Numbered from the stretch's first letter, positions 50,130-61,226 are shown. The stretch is DNA of 64,000 bases from Wickerhamiella versatilis (GCA_030867685.1 JAQOWU010000001.1:372001-436000); one strand, 5' to 3'. The notes: generated by a model not told the origin, from the sequence alone. Translations and numbers: made by a program.

Positions 50130-51782
50130 ATGCATCGCCTGGCCAGGCGTCTTGGAGGGAAAAAGCATCGACCTACGAGCATTGCACCATCAGTGGCATC
50201 ACACTGGGATGTTGAGAGTCGTAGTTATCAGACTAAGGAGTCCGTCGTTCCCTCATCTTCAGATGTTAGCTCGATGCCACCGGATGAGTTGGCCATTCTT
50301 ATATTTCACCAGATGCCGCCAATTACCTCCCAGTATCTCCATGCTTCTTGGTTGGGGGGTACTTCAACAAAACAGCAAGATGTTTTAAATGCCCTTCTGG
50401 AGTTATTCAATTGGCGCGGTCAATGTATTCTGTTCGCATTGCGAACTCTGGCCTGCCATGTCATGCTGTCAGGTGAAGAACAGCAGATTGATCGGGTTTT
50501 GGCCGCTTTCTCTAAAAGATGGATAAAAACAAATCCTAGTCATGGCTTCAAAAGTCTGGAAGTTGTCCACAGTATTTCTTACGCTCTACTTATACTTTCA
50601 AGTGCGTTACAGGGATCTAAAGATGACCATATGTCGAGACGCGAATTTGCTGACAGCACCACTAATGCTCTCAAAGACTTAGACCTGAAATTCCCCGCAA
50701 AGTCTGCTCCTGGGGTACGTGGACTAGTACGGCGGCCCTCCATTAGTGCCCTTGTTTCTGATACAGCGGCTTATTGCCAAGAGGATTGGTTCAAAATTGT
50801 ACGTGAAATTCTGAAAATGTTCTATGACTCTCTATATGATGTACCCTTCGAGATTCCTCCTCTCGATGCGTTAGAAAATGACGCTGAATTATCATCCTCA
50901 GCCACAAATGTTCCATCGTCAGCTCAAAAGAGTGCTACTGATGCTGAGCCCAGCTCTGTCAAGGACTCTGAGTCTATCGCAACGGTTTCCAACTTGAGTC
51001 AAAATCTTCCATATGAGTTCGTTGCGAAAGAAGGACCCCTTTACTTTCGGTTATTCAGTTCTAACCGTGAATCGGTGAAGAAAAAGCATAAAGAATGGGT
51101 AGAGGCAATTGGGGTGGTGGAACGGGGAGTCCTCAATCTTTGTTCTGTTCCTGGCAGAAGCGTAAACGATTTTGCCAACCCTGCTGCCCGAAAAATAATC
51201 TTATCCTTGGAGTTGTCAGGATCAATTGCCCATGTAGGATCCGACGCTCAATGGAGCCTTATGCTGAATGATGCAGACAGTCGCCTGTTACATTTCCGCA
51301 CGGGTTCTGAACATACTGCAGAAGAATTTGTGAAATGTTGTAATTACTGGGCCGCATGTCTCACAAAGCCACCGCTAAATGAGATGGTTAGTTCTACCGA
51401 GTATGGCTGGGGAGGCCCTTTTGAGCTTTTGAGAAGCACTCCCGATGCCAATGTTTCGTCTGGAGGTTCAGAAGCCGTTATGGTGAATAAGAATCTTTTC
51501 AATATATATGAGTGGTCACCACGCAAGGATGCAGGGCTTCACAGTGGGCTTGAACCTGCAAAGCAGCTGGAACTACTGCAGAGTTATGTCGTGAACGCTG
51601 ATGCAGAATTGACCTCACACAATTCCCTACTACCTGAAATTTTACGAGTTTATGAGGGTTTGCCAGTGTTTGCACGTGTAATGTCGAATTGGGAAGCCAG
51701 ATCACAATTCCTACTAAAGAAGAGTGTTCAGTTCTCTGGCTACTGTAGAGCTTTAGAGGCCGCTTTAGAAAAACGTAATTAA
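50130..51782 (+). CDS. Arf guanine-nucleotide exchange factor, Sec7 + PH (Yel1/EFA6-like)
   Basis: SGEEQQIDRVLAAFSKRW, YALLIL, PH domain (KEGPLY...CNYWAA), VSSTEYGW, NWEARSQFL. Confidence 0.82.
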   Translation: MHRLARRLGGKKHRPTSIAPSVASHWDVESRSYQTKESVVPSSSDVSSMPPDELAILIFHQMPPITSQYLHASWLGGTSTKQQDVLNALLELFNWRGQCILFALRTLACHVMLSGEEQQIDRVLAAFSKRWIKTNPSHGFKSLEVVHSISYALLILSSALQGSKDDHMSRREFADSTTNALKDLDLKFPAKSAPGVRGLVRRPSISALVSDTAAYCQEDWFKIVREILKMFYDSLYDVPFEIPPLDALENDAELSSSATNVPSSAQKSATDAEPSSVKDSESIATVSNLSQNLPYEFVAKEGPLYFRLFSSNRESVKKKHKEWVEAIGVVERGVLNLCSVPGRSVNDFANPAARKIILSLELSGSIAHVGSDAQWSLMLNDADSRLLHFRTGSEHTAEEFVKCCNYWAACLTKPPLNEMVSSTEYGWGGPFELLRSTPDANVSSGGSEAVMVNKNLFNIYEWSPRKDAGLHSGLEPAKQLELLQSYVVNADAELTSHNSLLPEILRVYEGLPVFARVMSNWEARSQFLLKKSVQFSGYCRALEAALEKRN

Positions 51783-51830
51783 GTCCAGCTTAAAAAAAAG
51801 TAGCTAACTTAGAGAGGAGAGATTCCTACT

Positions 51831-52955
51831 TTACATTATTTTCTTGCAAAAGGGGTGGTCTTCAACACCGTATTGAATGTCCTGGATCCAGCTCTGTACA
51901 AGCTCGGTAAGGGGTCCGCACTCCTTGCCGGGCTGAAGAGGGACCGTGATTGGAACACCGTGATAAGAAATTTCCTTTACAGGCGATACAATTGCAGCAG
52001 TGCCAGCACCAAACACCTCGACAAGCTCTCCTTTAGCTTGTCGGGCCACCAATTCGTCAATCTTCACCAACCGTTCACTGACTTGCCACTTCGCTGGGTC
52101 CAATCTTTCTCTTGCCAATTCAAGAATTGAAAGACGAGTAATTCCCTCTAATATAGTACCATCAAGAGGTGGAGTGGCCAACTCCTGAGTACCATCAGGG
52201 TTCCGGAATACAACGAAAAGATTCATTGTTCCGACCTCAGTAAGATGGCCGTCAAACAGCCACAAATTCTGTTGGAAACCACGGGCGGCAGCTTCTTTTT
52301 GTGGCAGAACACATGGCGCATAGTTGGCACCAAGCTTGCGATTTCCGACACCACCGGGCCACGCGCGGACCGCAGTGTCAGTCGCCTCAAGCTTGATCGC
52401 CTTTAGTCCAGTGGGGTAGTATGGTCCAACCGGTGACGCAATCACATAAAACATTGCCTTTGTAGGGGGTGCGATACCTAAGGATGCGTTGGTACCTATT
52501 ACGGTTGGTCGAAGGTATAGAGAATAGCCTTTTCCTTTTGGCACTACATCATGCTCGAGCCTAACAAATTCCTCAAGAAGCTTTACTCCCTCCTGAGGAT
52601 CGAAAGTCGGAAGGCATATGCGTGCAGATGAAGACTGTATACGCTCCATGTTCTTGTCAGCTCGGAACATTCTGAAGTGGTTATTTACATCGCGGAAAGC
52701 CTTCAGCCCCTCAAAGCATTCGAAGCCATAGTGGAATACCACAGAACTTGGGTCGAGGGTAAACGGGGCATACGGCGTGATTTGAGGTGCGGCCCAGCCT
52801 TTCTCCGAATCCCACTCTACCTTAAGCATATGATCGCTGAAAACCTTGCCAAACACAAGATCCTCGGGTTTCGGGTAGGTCTTACGCTGAGCTACTTTTT
52901 CAATTTGCAACTTTGCAGCGTCCAAGGTCGCCAAAGAGCGACGGAACAGACGCAT
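51831..52955 (-). CDS. BAT1: Branched-chain amino-acid aminotransferase, mitochondrial
   Basis: Presequence MRLFRRSL, LVFGKVFSDHML, FEGLKA, LYLRP, KLGANY, EVGTMN, ILEGITR, GAGTAA. Confidence 0.95.
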   Translation of the reverse strand: MRLFRRSLATLDAAKLQIEKVAQRKTYPKPEDLVFGKVFSDHMLKVEWDSEKGWAAPQITPYAPFTLDPSSVVFHYGFECFEGLKAFRDVNNHFRMFRADKNMERIQSSSARICLPTFDPQEGVKLLEEFVRLEHDVVPKGKGYSLYLRPTVIGTNASLGIAPPTKAMFYVIASPVGPYYPTGLKAIKLEATDTAVRAWPGGVGNRKLGANYAPCVLPQKEAAARGFQQNLWLFDGHLTEVGTMNLFVVFRNPDGTQELATPPLDGTILEGITRLSILELARERLDPAKWQVSERLVKIDELVARQAKGELVEVFGAGTAAIVSPVKEISYHGVPITVPLQPGKECGPLTELVQSWIQDIQYGVEDHPFCKKIM

Positions 52956-52987
52956 GCTATATTGGAAGGATGAAGAGATAGGAGAGT

Positions 52988-53038
52988 GTGACTCATCACC
53001 GATTTCTCCGTTAACAAATAAGCATACGCCGATTACGG
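52988..53038. promoter_or_regulatory. Gcn4 site (GTGACTCAT) and Leu3-type site (CCGATTACGG) upstream of BAT1
   Basis: TGACTCAT at 52989-52996 and CCG-N4-CGG at 53029-53038, both within 85 bp of the BAT1 ATG. Confidence 0.7.
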
Positions 53039-53135
53039 TGCACTATCTTCGCTAAACAGAGTAAAAAAACTGGTATTAAGAAGAAATAGATATCAATATT
53101 GAAGTATACCCTTTAAAGATTAAGCTTTTGAGTAA

Positions 53136-53552
53136 TCAAAACTGAAGTGCTCGAGAAACGCGTTGATTCGCGGTAACCAATCGGCGAATGGCATCTTCTA
53201 GCATATCTATACGTTCCTCAAGCTCGTGTACTTTCATGCTATTAGGAATTGTGGAGATAGGCTTCTTTGCTGTGTAGGGAACGAAGCTTTCAAATTCGCG
53301 GGGTCGGGTATCCACAGAGATATGCGCAGAGGAGGCCACATCGTCCAGCATTTCACTAGAATTTTCAGGCCCACTTAGAGTATGCGAGTCAAGACGTAAT
53401 CTCTTTATTTCAGACTGGTGGGTCACAGGTGCCACTGTCAGGTTGGTATCAGACGCAACAAGGTCTTCACCATGATTTGTCTTCATATGGCGCTGAAAAT
53501 TGAATTTCTTGTCTGATTTATAGTCACAATGCGTGCAACTAAAACGACTCAT
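53136..53552 (-). CDS. Small single-C2H2 zinc-finger protein with C-terminal coiled coil
   Basis: MSRFSCTHCDYKSDKKFNFQRHMKTNH (ATG 53552) and VHELEERIDMLEDAIRRL. Confidence 0.7.
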   Translation of the reverse strand: MSRFSCTHCDYKSDKKFNFQRHMKTNHGEDLVASDTNLTVAPVTHQSEIKRLRLDSHTLSGPENSSEMLDDVASSAHISVDTRPREFESFVPYTAKKPISTIPNSMKVHELEERIDMLEDAIRRLVTANQRVSRALQF

Positions 53553-53632
53553 AGAGATAGCGTGTGAGGTGCTGCTTACAGAACTTACTTTAGCGATAAA
53601 TGCGGTTAGGTTCAAATGCGGTTACTCACGGC

Positions 53633-55216
53633 TTAAAGTGCGTAGACATATTGAGGGTTTAAGTCTCCAGCGAGTGCCTTCTGATCACCGGTCAATTTGT
53701 CCCAGTCGTCATTTTCCGCACCCTTACTCCGGCGTTTGTTGGCAAGACATACTCCAAAGAAATAAAGGGTAGTCCCTGCAAGAGAAAAAATAAATAGTGC
53801 AAGACAGGTCCAAGCACCTCGTGAATATTTCGGAGCATCTTGAGCCGGAAAGATGAAAGCTGAGATAATTCCAGCGATATTTCCAAACCCAATAATAAAA
53901 GCAGTGCCCACCATCTTACGATGGTGGCCAGTTAGGTTCGTGGTCGACCAACAAACCAAAATTGGCATGAAACTGTATGTTCCAAGGGTCACCAAGAAGC
54001 ATGCGGTATATCGAGCGCTTACATTCTGGGGATTCCCGTCAGAATCGACAGGGTCAGCGCCTAGAAGAATGGCAAACCCAGCAATTGCTATGGCGCACGT
54101 AAGGATGGTAAATAGATAGCGGTGCCTCAAATAGTCAGATATAATCCCAAAGATAATACTACCTCCGAAGCTCACGAGCCAGGGATAAATAGAATATACT
54201 TGAACGGAAACTGGGTTCTGGTGCATAGTCTGAATGATAGACGTTGCAAAATACGCGTAGCCATATACTGACACGATAGCTCCAAAGTACGTAACAGCCG
54301 CAGCATGTATCTTCCAGTCCTTCAAAACTGACAACATATCTGAAAGAGTGACATCTCGACGAGCCAGCGAAGGACCCTGATCTAGTTGTAGCTTGTGGAT
54401 CTGGTAAGCACGTTCATTTTCAGATAAGAACTTTGCATCCTCCGGAAAATCTGCTATCAAGAAGAACAGTATAATTCCGCACGCACACGTAATAGCACCT
54501 TCGACTATGAAAATCCATCTCCAGCCAGCTATTGATTGTTTTCCGTTCAATGTATTCATTCCATATGCAATTAGCCCCGCAAAAGCGCCCGCCAAGGAAG
54601 TTGAAGCATAGAAGAAGCAATAACGTTTAAGAGCCTCATCTCGCCGAAGCCAGCCTGACAGAAGATAGAAACACCCGGGGAACATTCCAGACTCAACAAG
54701 TCCTAGCAGTAGTCGAGTAGTATAAAGACCACCCTTGGAAGTAACGAAACCTTGGGCAATTGTGACTGCTCCGAAAAATACGATACACAAGGAAAGCCAG
54801 ACATGTGGTTTCAGTTTCTTGAGCAACCAATTTGCTGGGACTTCGAATACAACATATGGACAGAAAAACAGCGCTAGCGCAACATTAAATTGATTTCCTT
54901 CAAGGTTCGCACCACCCATATATCGCCCTCTTGGATCAGGCCCTTCATTCAAGCCATAGGTCTTCGCATTACTGATATTAATACGGTCGATGAAGCTAAG
55001 TAAATATAAGAGACAGATCGGGAGAACAATCCAGCAGTCTACCTTCAGCTGAAGCTTCCATGGTGTCACCCCATAATCCTTTTCCAGTTTTCGAAGATTA
55101 TCGTCTACTTCTGTTTTACTGGGTAGCATGAAAATATCTCCAGCTTTCACAACACTGGCATCACTTGTTGGCGTCTCCACAGATTCCACATTTTCCTTCT
55201 GAAGGCTAGACGACAT
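53633..55216 (-). CDS. MFS transporter, anion:cation symporter family (Tna1/Dal5-like)
   Basis: KVDCWIVLP..LLYLLSFIDRINISNA, FEVPAN, RLLLGLVESG.FPG, GWRWIFIVEG, FLSENER. First ATG is 55216. Confidence 0.9.
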   Translation of the reverse strand: MSSSLQKENVESVETPTSDASVVKAGDIFMLPSKTEVDDNLRKLEKDYGVTPWKLQLKVDCWIVLPICLLYLLSFIDRINISNAKTYGLNEGPDPRGRYMGGANLEGNQFNVALALFFCPYVVFEVPANWLLKKLKPHVWLSLCIVFFGAVTIAQGFVTSKGGLYTTRLLLGLVESGMFPGCFYLLSGWLRRDEALKRYCFFYASTSLAGAFAGLIAYGMNTLNGKQSIAGWRWIFIVEGAITCACGIILFFLIADFPEDAKFLSENERAYQIHKLQLDQGPSLARRDVTLSDMLSVLKDWKIHAAAVTYFGAIVSVYGYAYFATSIIQTMHQNPVSVQVYSIYPWLVSFGGSIIFGIISDYLRHRYLFTILTCAIAIAGFAILLGADPVDSDGNPQNVSARYTACFLVTLGTYSFMPILVCWSTTNLTGHHRKMVGTAFIIGFGNIAGIISAFIFPAQDAPKYSRGAWTCLALFIFSLAGTTLYFFGVCLANKRRSKGAENDDWDKLTGDQKALAGDLNPQYVYAL

Positions 55217-57138
55217 TGCGATAGACGAAAAATTACCCAACCCTCCATTTCCGGGGGTGGATAGATCATGCAGTAGCCCGGTCAGTCATCATCCCCGGGG
55301 TAAAGACGTCGTACCTAGCCAGCAGTATCAATCATTATCCTCATCAATATTTTTTACTATAAAGAAATATCAATTAGGCCCTGGAGCTGAACCATTTCCA
55401 CCTTTCCCTTCGAGCAGGCTATCTTACATTGTCCAGCAAATCCAATAAGTTGGCACCGCCCCTCCCCCCTCCCCGGCCAAAAAGGAAAATCATGGAACCA
55501 TTAATCTTTCGCATTGTAGCATGATTTCGATAAAAGTATATCTACGAAAGTACGCAGGTTCTTGAAAGATTGAGTGCATGGAAGATAATGGTCAATACAG
55601 GATGGCAGCCCCTCTCTGTTAAAATCATCAAACCTCGGCAGAAATATTTCAATCTTCAAGAATAGAAACCATGTAATCCATCTCTAAACAGTTTTACCTC
55701 CGGTAAGAAGTTCTTCGAATATATTCATAGTATTGAGTATGGTAAGTGATTGGACCTCCGCATTATGGGCTGCACACAGATAGCCAAATTCGTACGCAGG
55801 TTACTTAACTAAACATATCCCGACAATACCATTGGCCACTAAATGGTGCGGACAATCCAACCAACCTAGTTCTGCGATGGGATACTTCTCTCCGTTGACT
55901 ATACAACTGCTGAGAATAGCGATAAGTTAAAAATAGTCAAATAGGTAAGCCGTTCCAATTGTGATGGAACTAAATCCCTTGAGAATTGTCCATCTAGAGT
56001 TATTTTTTTCGTTTCAGGTGGTATCGGAGTGTATCAAGTAGATTAATAGCCATATGTATCGAGTATGTCCCTATATGCAAATACAATGTTTTACTACTAC
56101 AAACACGATCCACAAATCCCGGCCACGAATTTACTTATGCAGAGTTCACTTAATAGTGAAATTTACATGATTAGATGGCTACAGACCTTAGCAAGCAGAA
56201 TATGTACATCTGGTTATAGGGTCCGGCCCAGTCAGAGATTAATCACATACTGTACTTCAATATTGAGCCTGTCATGCTGAATGGCTCAAGGAATAATTCA
56301 ATAATTGCATCGTTAAAGCAAAAAGAATTGCATGGCGTAGGCCAGACTGAAAGCTACAAATTCCGATCTATTTCACGTGCATGCTGAGAATCGTTAAATG
56401 ACTTTTGGCCAAGCTTTGAAGATTAAAAACGTAGCAAGAAGCAAAATATAAGTATTCCTAAGCTGGCTTTAACCGATAAATATTGGCCCCCTCATTTATA
56501 TTTAAGTCGGGTATGATCCATAATTCTTAGCATTACTCACGGTGACACCGCAAAGGAAGCTCAGTAGTTATTGCAAATAAACTTTTAGCACTACTCCGCA
56601 GTCAAAACCTCAGTTGAAGGTATCATGTATCATAACCTTTATCTAGCTCTGGAGAGCCGCATAGACCACTGCTCTTTATTGTGTTTCTTAAGAAATACTT
56701 TTTCTTATTATCTTATCTTCAGAAGCTGTAATGGCTGTCGAAGTCATTTTCAATTCCGCAAAATGCTCCTCTGACTATCCACAGGGATAACTACCGTGGT
56801 AACAGGCATTGAAAGACGCTACTGGCCCCACTTAGGACTTTCCAATTAACACCCATAAGATCCTGATCTTCCGTTATAATATTTTGGAGTATACTTTCCC
56901 AAAAAAATGTTCGTACTGGATTCTGTAACATAAATATTTATTCGGTAGAAGTCGTCAAATACGACGAATTGGACCCTATCTTATATGTATAATTGCGACC
57001 TCATGATCCTAAAAGTCGACGCATTGGGCTCCGCCGCATAAAGATGACGAAGACTGCAGCTTACAATACCTTCTGTCAACAACTTTTATCTAAACCACCT
57101 TATTCTGGTGGATTCGCTTGCTCAGTGGTGACTCATCA

Positions 57139-58884
57139 ATGCCCAGCCACTACAGTGACTCGGAGTCTGGTTTTGGCAATAGCTCCGGTCCGAGCTACGG
57201 ACCTGGATCAAGCTATACAGAAAGATTTCGAGCAGATACACCTTATATGCGCAATGCCTTTCATGGATCCGGGAGAACGTCAATTGCTCGCCTACAAACA
57301 CTCATTGAACGGGCATGCTCACCTGCTTTGAGAGAGCCTGACCTGGGCTTGAACTTGCAAATAGCGGATATTATCAACGAGAAAAAAGGTCAGGCACCAC
57401 GTGAGGCGGCTATGCAAATAGCCCGTTTGGTAAATTCCAGATCCATCCAACAAGCAGTGCTCGCTGTCTCAGTACTGGATGTCTGTGTAAAAAATTGTGG
57501 ATATCCTTTTCATCTTCAAATTTCGCGGAAAGATTTCCTGAACCTGTTGGTTCGTAGCTTTCCTGAAAAACCTCCACTACATTACACACGAATTCAAGTT
57601 CTCGTCCTGGAATGCATAGAAGAATGGCATACGACATTATGTAGGACTTCCAAACATCGAGAAGATTTTGGTTATATCCGAGATATGCATCGCCTACTCT
57701 CTTACAAGGGCTATATGTTTCCAGAAATTAATAGAGATGATGCTGCTGTTTTGAATGCCCCTGAGACCTTGAAATCTGCCCATGAGCTTGAAGAGGAAGA
57801 CAGGGAGGCCCAAGAGGCAAAACTCCAGGAGCTTATCAGATCTGGCACTGAAACAGATCTACGCGAAGCCAATCATCTGATGTCTATAATGGCTGGTTTC
57901 CGCGATACAAAGGTTGATTATCATGCTAAGGTTGCCAAGGACCTCGACAAATTGCGGCGCAAGGGTGAGCTTCTTGAAGAGATGCTAGTGCATGCTAAAC
58001 CAGGAGAGCCACTTGCAAATGATGACGTGTTCCAGGAAATTGTAACTTCACTCCGTGCTGCTGATTCGAAGTTAGAAAGAATTGGCCAAGATGAGGCTGA
58101 GGAAGATCCAGTAGCATTGGAAAAAGTCGAATCACTTAGAAACTATCTTGCTGCGCTTGTTATCAAATATGACCTCATATCTAAGGGCGATTTTGCAGGT
58201 GCTAGCCAAACCACGGTGGAATCATTAGCTTCTGGTCGTAAGCTTGATACTTCACGAAAGGGAGTAATAGATACTCTAATTGATATTGATGATACCCCTG
58301 CTGGCAGCGGTGATGGCAGTGAGCTAATTGGAGAGCTCGGCCAATTGTCGCTTGGAGGAAACACTAACACACCGGCTCGCACCTCTAATACTGAGTCGAT
58401 TACTTCTAATAGAGATGATTTGCTGGCATTAGGAGAAAGTACTACCTCCAGTTCTAAGAATGGTAATGGAGACATTCTTGACCTACTTGGCGGCACCAGT
58501 GCAAGCACAGATTCCAAGCCACAAAGTACTTCGCAGATAGGGACAGATTCCCTGTCAGCACCTAAACTTGAATTGTTTTCAGATGAAAGCCTCCTTGTAG
58601 AGGGTTCTGTTCAGCGAACTCCTGGCGCAGTCTCTCTGACGTTGTTCTTCTCAAATCCAAGCGATAAAAAAGTCAGTGACCTCAAGTTCGAGGCGGCACC
58701 CCCCAAATCATGGCAGCTAAAGATCGACGCACCGTCCGGCAATTCGCTAGACGCTAAGGCTACTAAGGCCGTTAGCCAGCGCCTAACTTTAACAGGGGAA
58801 GGTTCGCCTAAACTACGCTGGCGTACGTCCTATCATTGGGGGTTTGATGAGCGTGTTGCACAAGGCGTTGCGCGTGACCTGTAG
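57139..58884 (+). CDS. GGA2: Golgi clathrin adaptor Gga (VHS-GAT-GAE)
   Basis: LIERAC...EPDLGLNL, VKNCGYPFHLQISRKDFLN, DMHRLLSYKGY, GAT (AKLQELIR..DLREAN), clathrin-box-like LIDID/ILDLL, ear domain. Start is ATG 57139 or 57247. Confidence 0.9.
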   Translation: MPSHYSDSESGFGNSSGPSYGPGSSYTERFRADTPYMRNAFHGSGRTSIARLQTLIERACSPALREPDLGLNLQIADIINEKKGQAPREAAMQIARLVNSRSIQQAVLAVSVLDVCVKNCGYPFHLQISRKDFLNLLVRSFPEKPPLHYTRIQVLVLECIEEWHTTLCRTSKHREDFGYIRDMHRLLSYKGYMFPEINRDDAAVLNAPETLKSAHELEEEDREAQEAKLQELIRSGTETDLREANHLMSIMAGFRDTKVDYHAKVAKDLDKLRRKGELLEEMLVHAKPGEPLANDDVFQEIVTSLRAADSKLERIGQDEAEEDPVALEKVESLRNYLAALVIKYDLISKGDFAGASQTTVESLASGRKLDTSRKGVIDTLIDIDDTPAGSGDGSELIGELGQLSLGGNTNTPARTSNTESITSNRDDLLALGESTTSSSKNGNGDILDLLGGTSASTDSKPQSTSQIGTDSLSAPKLELFSDESLLVEGSVQRTPGAVSLTLFFSNPSDKKVSDLKFEAAPPKSWQLKIDAPSGNSLDAKATKAVSQRLTLTGEGSPKLRWRTSYHWGFDERVAQGVARDL

Positions 58885-59024
58885 GATTTAGGAAACTAAT
58901 GTCATGTTGTAAATATTCATATGAAAAATATAAGTGTGTGAAGCTGAGTTTAAAAGATCTACGCCAGCTGCAGATGACTTCGTCAAAGGCAGGTGGAATG
59001 AATCAACATAAATACATAAATAGA

Positions 59025-61226
59025 CTAAGGAAGCATATTTGGGTGAGTTTGCCCCTGTGATTGTGCTTGCGCTTGTGCTTGCGCCTGCGCTTGTGCTTGT
59101 GCCTGTGCCTGTGCCTGTTGCACTTGTGCTTTCTGACGCTGCAAGAGCCGCAAGTATTCCTGCTTTGCGAGCTGTTGTACTCTCTCGCGTGAAAGGGTAG
59201 GATGGTTACGAGAAATTCTTGTCATTATCTCGGTCACTAACTGCTGGTTCGGAAATGGAATACGACGTGACGCTTGTGCATTGGCCTGAGCCACGCGTGC
59301 CTGCACTTGTGCCTGAGCCTGTGCTGCTTGGGCTATTTTTAGACGAGATGCTGCTGCGACAGATGCTGGAACAGGGAGACCCGCAATAGAAGGTCGCTGC
59401 GCGGGATTTTGGCCGCCTGCGGTTGCCGCCACAACAGCTGCCTCCTTTCGCTTCTGCTCGACTCTACGCGCTTGTACTTGCCTCTGCTGAGCATACTGAT
59501 CTATTAGCTGCTTATCGCGTTCCGCTTTGATCCTCGAGAGGTCCGCAGCCGATGGCACAGGCGCGTGGGCGATGTTTCCTGGATTCGTACGTGGCTGATT
59601 CTGCAGATTTGTCTGTGTACTCTCGATAGCAGCCTGCCGCCGTGCACCTACGCTTGCTTTCTGTGCAGATTCTCTCTTCTTCTTAACCTTGCGAATAGAA
59701 TCAAGCATAGAAGCCCATCTTAGCCGAGGATGGCCACGCTGTAGATTGTCCTGGGCTACACCCACGGGTGATTGACGCCGTCGGGAAGCATGCGCAGCTT
59801 TTTGAGCTGACTCCAGCCAAACTCTGGCTTGCTCAGCTGTGCGACCCTTCAACTCACGCAAGTCGAAGTTTGTCGAGAGTTGAAGCCAGCGCTCAAAACA
59901 AGACCAAGCTGTGCGACGGCATATAGACGAAATGTACCCAGAAGTAGGATTGGGGTTTAGATATGATGCAATAAGATCCCAATTATGCTGAAATTCATCA
60001 GCTAGTCGCAAAAGTTCCTGATCCTCAGAGGGTAACCACACCGTCATTAGTCTAAACTGCATATATCCCACATCTGGTGGTTGTGGTGCCCGTACTTCAG
60101 ATCTGGAGGGGGTAAAGAGATGCTGCTTTGAAGAATTGTATACTTCATCCCTAGAAGCTTTTGAGTTCCCTATACTTGTGTCATCTTCAGGAATTACTGG
60201 AACCCTCAACAAACGGGCCCACCCTTTCGAAACGTCAGGAGGACTCAGAAGCCTTGATACCGGTATAACTCTGGGTTGATCTTCCCACATCTGAGCCTCA
60301 TCAAGTAAAGGAGGGGGCTGTGGCAGAACTTCATGTATATTCTCTGAGAAGGCATCAAATCCTTCTATCACAAGCGACATTGTATCTATCAAAGAGCCCT
60401 GGGTCAGTTGCAAAGACTGAGGATTTATTGAACCTGAATTGTCGTTCAAAGGAAACCTATCATTATTCGGATCTCGTTTGTGTGTTTGGCACTCGGAACC
60501 ACGGTCAAAGAACTCTAGAATAATATTGCTCAACAGATGGCAAATGGATAATTTGTGGTTACGCTGAGTTACCAAGCTGCTGCGGTACCACCGCATTTCA
60601 TCAAGTAAATGATCATGCTGCGATTTACATCGAGCTGGCGCGCGGTGTCGCACACGTTGTCGCAGGCTCCATCTATCAGCTCGCCTGAGCTCATCCACAC
60701 GTTGATATATGGCTGATAAGCGGCCCTCGAGAAGTGCTAATTTGTAGTGACGAGTTGTAAGCACTTTATTTGCATGAGGGAGTGTCTTCATTAAGGACTG
60801 GCTTTGGACGGTGAACGCTGCCTCCGGTAATGAGACCCGGTCTCTGGATAGGTCTGGTAGTCTTAATGGCATAAGCAAGTCGTATTGATATTCATCTGGA
60901 GGAGTCAGAGGTGCGGCGGAGGTCAAGTCTGTCTGTTTTTGTGCTTCTTCGTCTGCCTCTGGTGCGGTCTCGAAACCATCAACTTCCATAGCCTCTCCTT
61001 CCACTACGGGTTCATGCGCCTCCGGAGGCGGTGTTTCTATCCTCCTGTGCTTCCTCTGTGAGGTCTTCCATTCATCTGGCAGCTCTGCCGACTGGGGTTT
61101 CTCGAGGAACTTGTCAAGACCCGGTTTAAGTGCCTCAAGCTCCTTCACTGAAGGGGGTACAAGTGGGTGTGATGCTAACACGTACAGACGTGTGCAAAAG
61201 TCACTCACTTCATCCCCAGATGGCAT
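59025..61226 (-). CDS. EAF1: NuA4 scaffold subunit Eaf1
   Basis: KVLTT..Y, HSA-associated WSLRQ and HDHLLDEMRW, SANT/Myb WLPSEDQEL...RRTAWSCFERW, QA-rich tail. Confidence 0.9.
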   Translation of the reverse strand: MPSGDEVSDFCTRLYVLASHPLVPPSVKELEALKPGLDKFLEKPQSAELPDEWKTSQRKHRRIETPPPEAHEPVVEGEAMEVDGFETAPEADEEAQKQTDLTSAAPLTPPDEYQYDLLMPLRLPDLSRDRVSLPEAAFTVQSQSLMKTLPHANKVLTTRHYKLALLEGRLSAIYQRVDELRRADRWSLRQRVRHRAPARCKSQHDHLLDEMRWYRSSLVTQRNHKLSICHLLSNIILEFFDRGSECQTHKRDPNNDRFPLNDNSGSINPQSLQLTQGSLIDTMSLVIEGFDAFSENIHEVLPQPPPLLDEAQMWEDQPRVIPVSRLLSPPDVSKGWARLLRVPVIPEDDTSIGNSKASRDEVYNSSKQHLFTPSRSEVRAPQPPDVGYMQFRLMTVWLPSEDQELLRLADEFQHNWDLIASYLNPNPTSGYISSICRRTAWSCFERWLQLSTNFDLRELKGRTAEQARVWLESAQKAAHASRRRQSPVGVAQDNLQRGHPRLRWASMLDSIRKVKKKRESAQKASVGARRQAAIESTQTNLQNQPRTNPGNIAHAPVPSAADLSRIKAERDKQLIDQYAQQRQVQARRVEQKRKEAAVVAATAGGQNPAQRPSIAGLPVPASVAAASRLKIAQAAQAQAQVQARVAQANAQASRRIPFPNQQLVTEIMTRISRNHPTLSRERVQQLAKQEYLRLLQRQKAQVQQAQAQAQAQAQAQAQAQAQSQGQTHPNMLP
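59061..59120 (-). repeat. Coding 6-bp repeat encoding a (QA)n tract in Eaf1
   Basis: CARGCR units giving QQAQAQAQAQAQAQAQAQAQ. Confidence 0.9.

Noticed and set aside
55217..57138. TPP riboswitch, pheromone precursor or point centromere in the long intergenic region
   Set aside because: I found no TPP aptamer core, no CAAX-ending micro-ORF among those I read (scan not exhaustive) and no CDEI-II-III arrangement.
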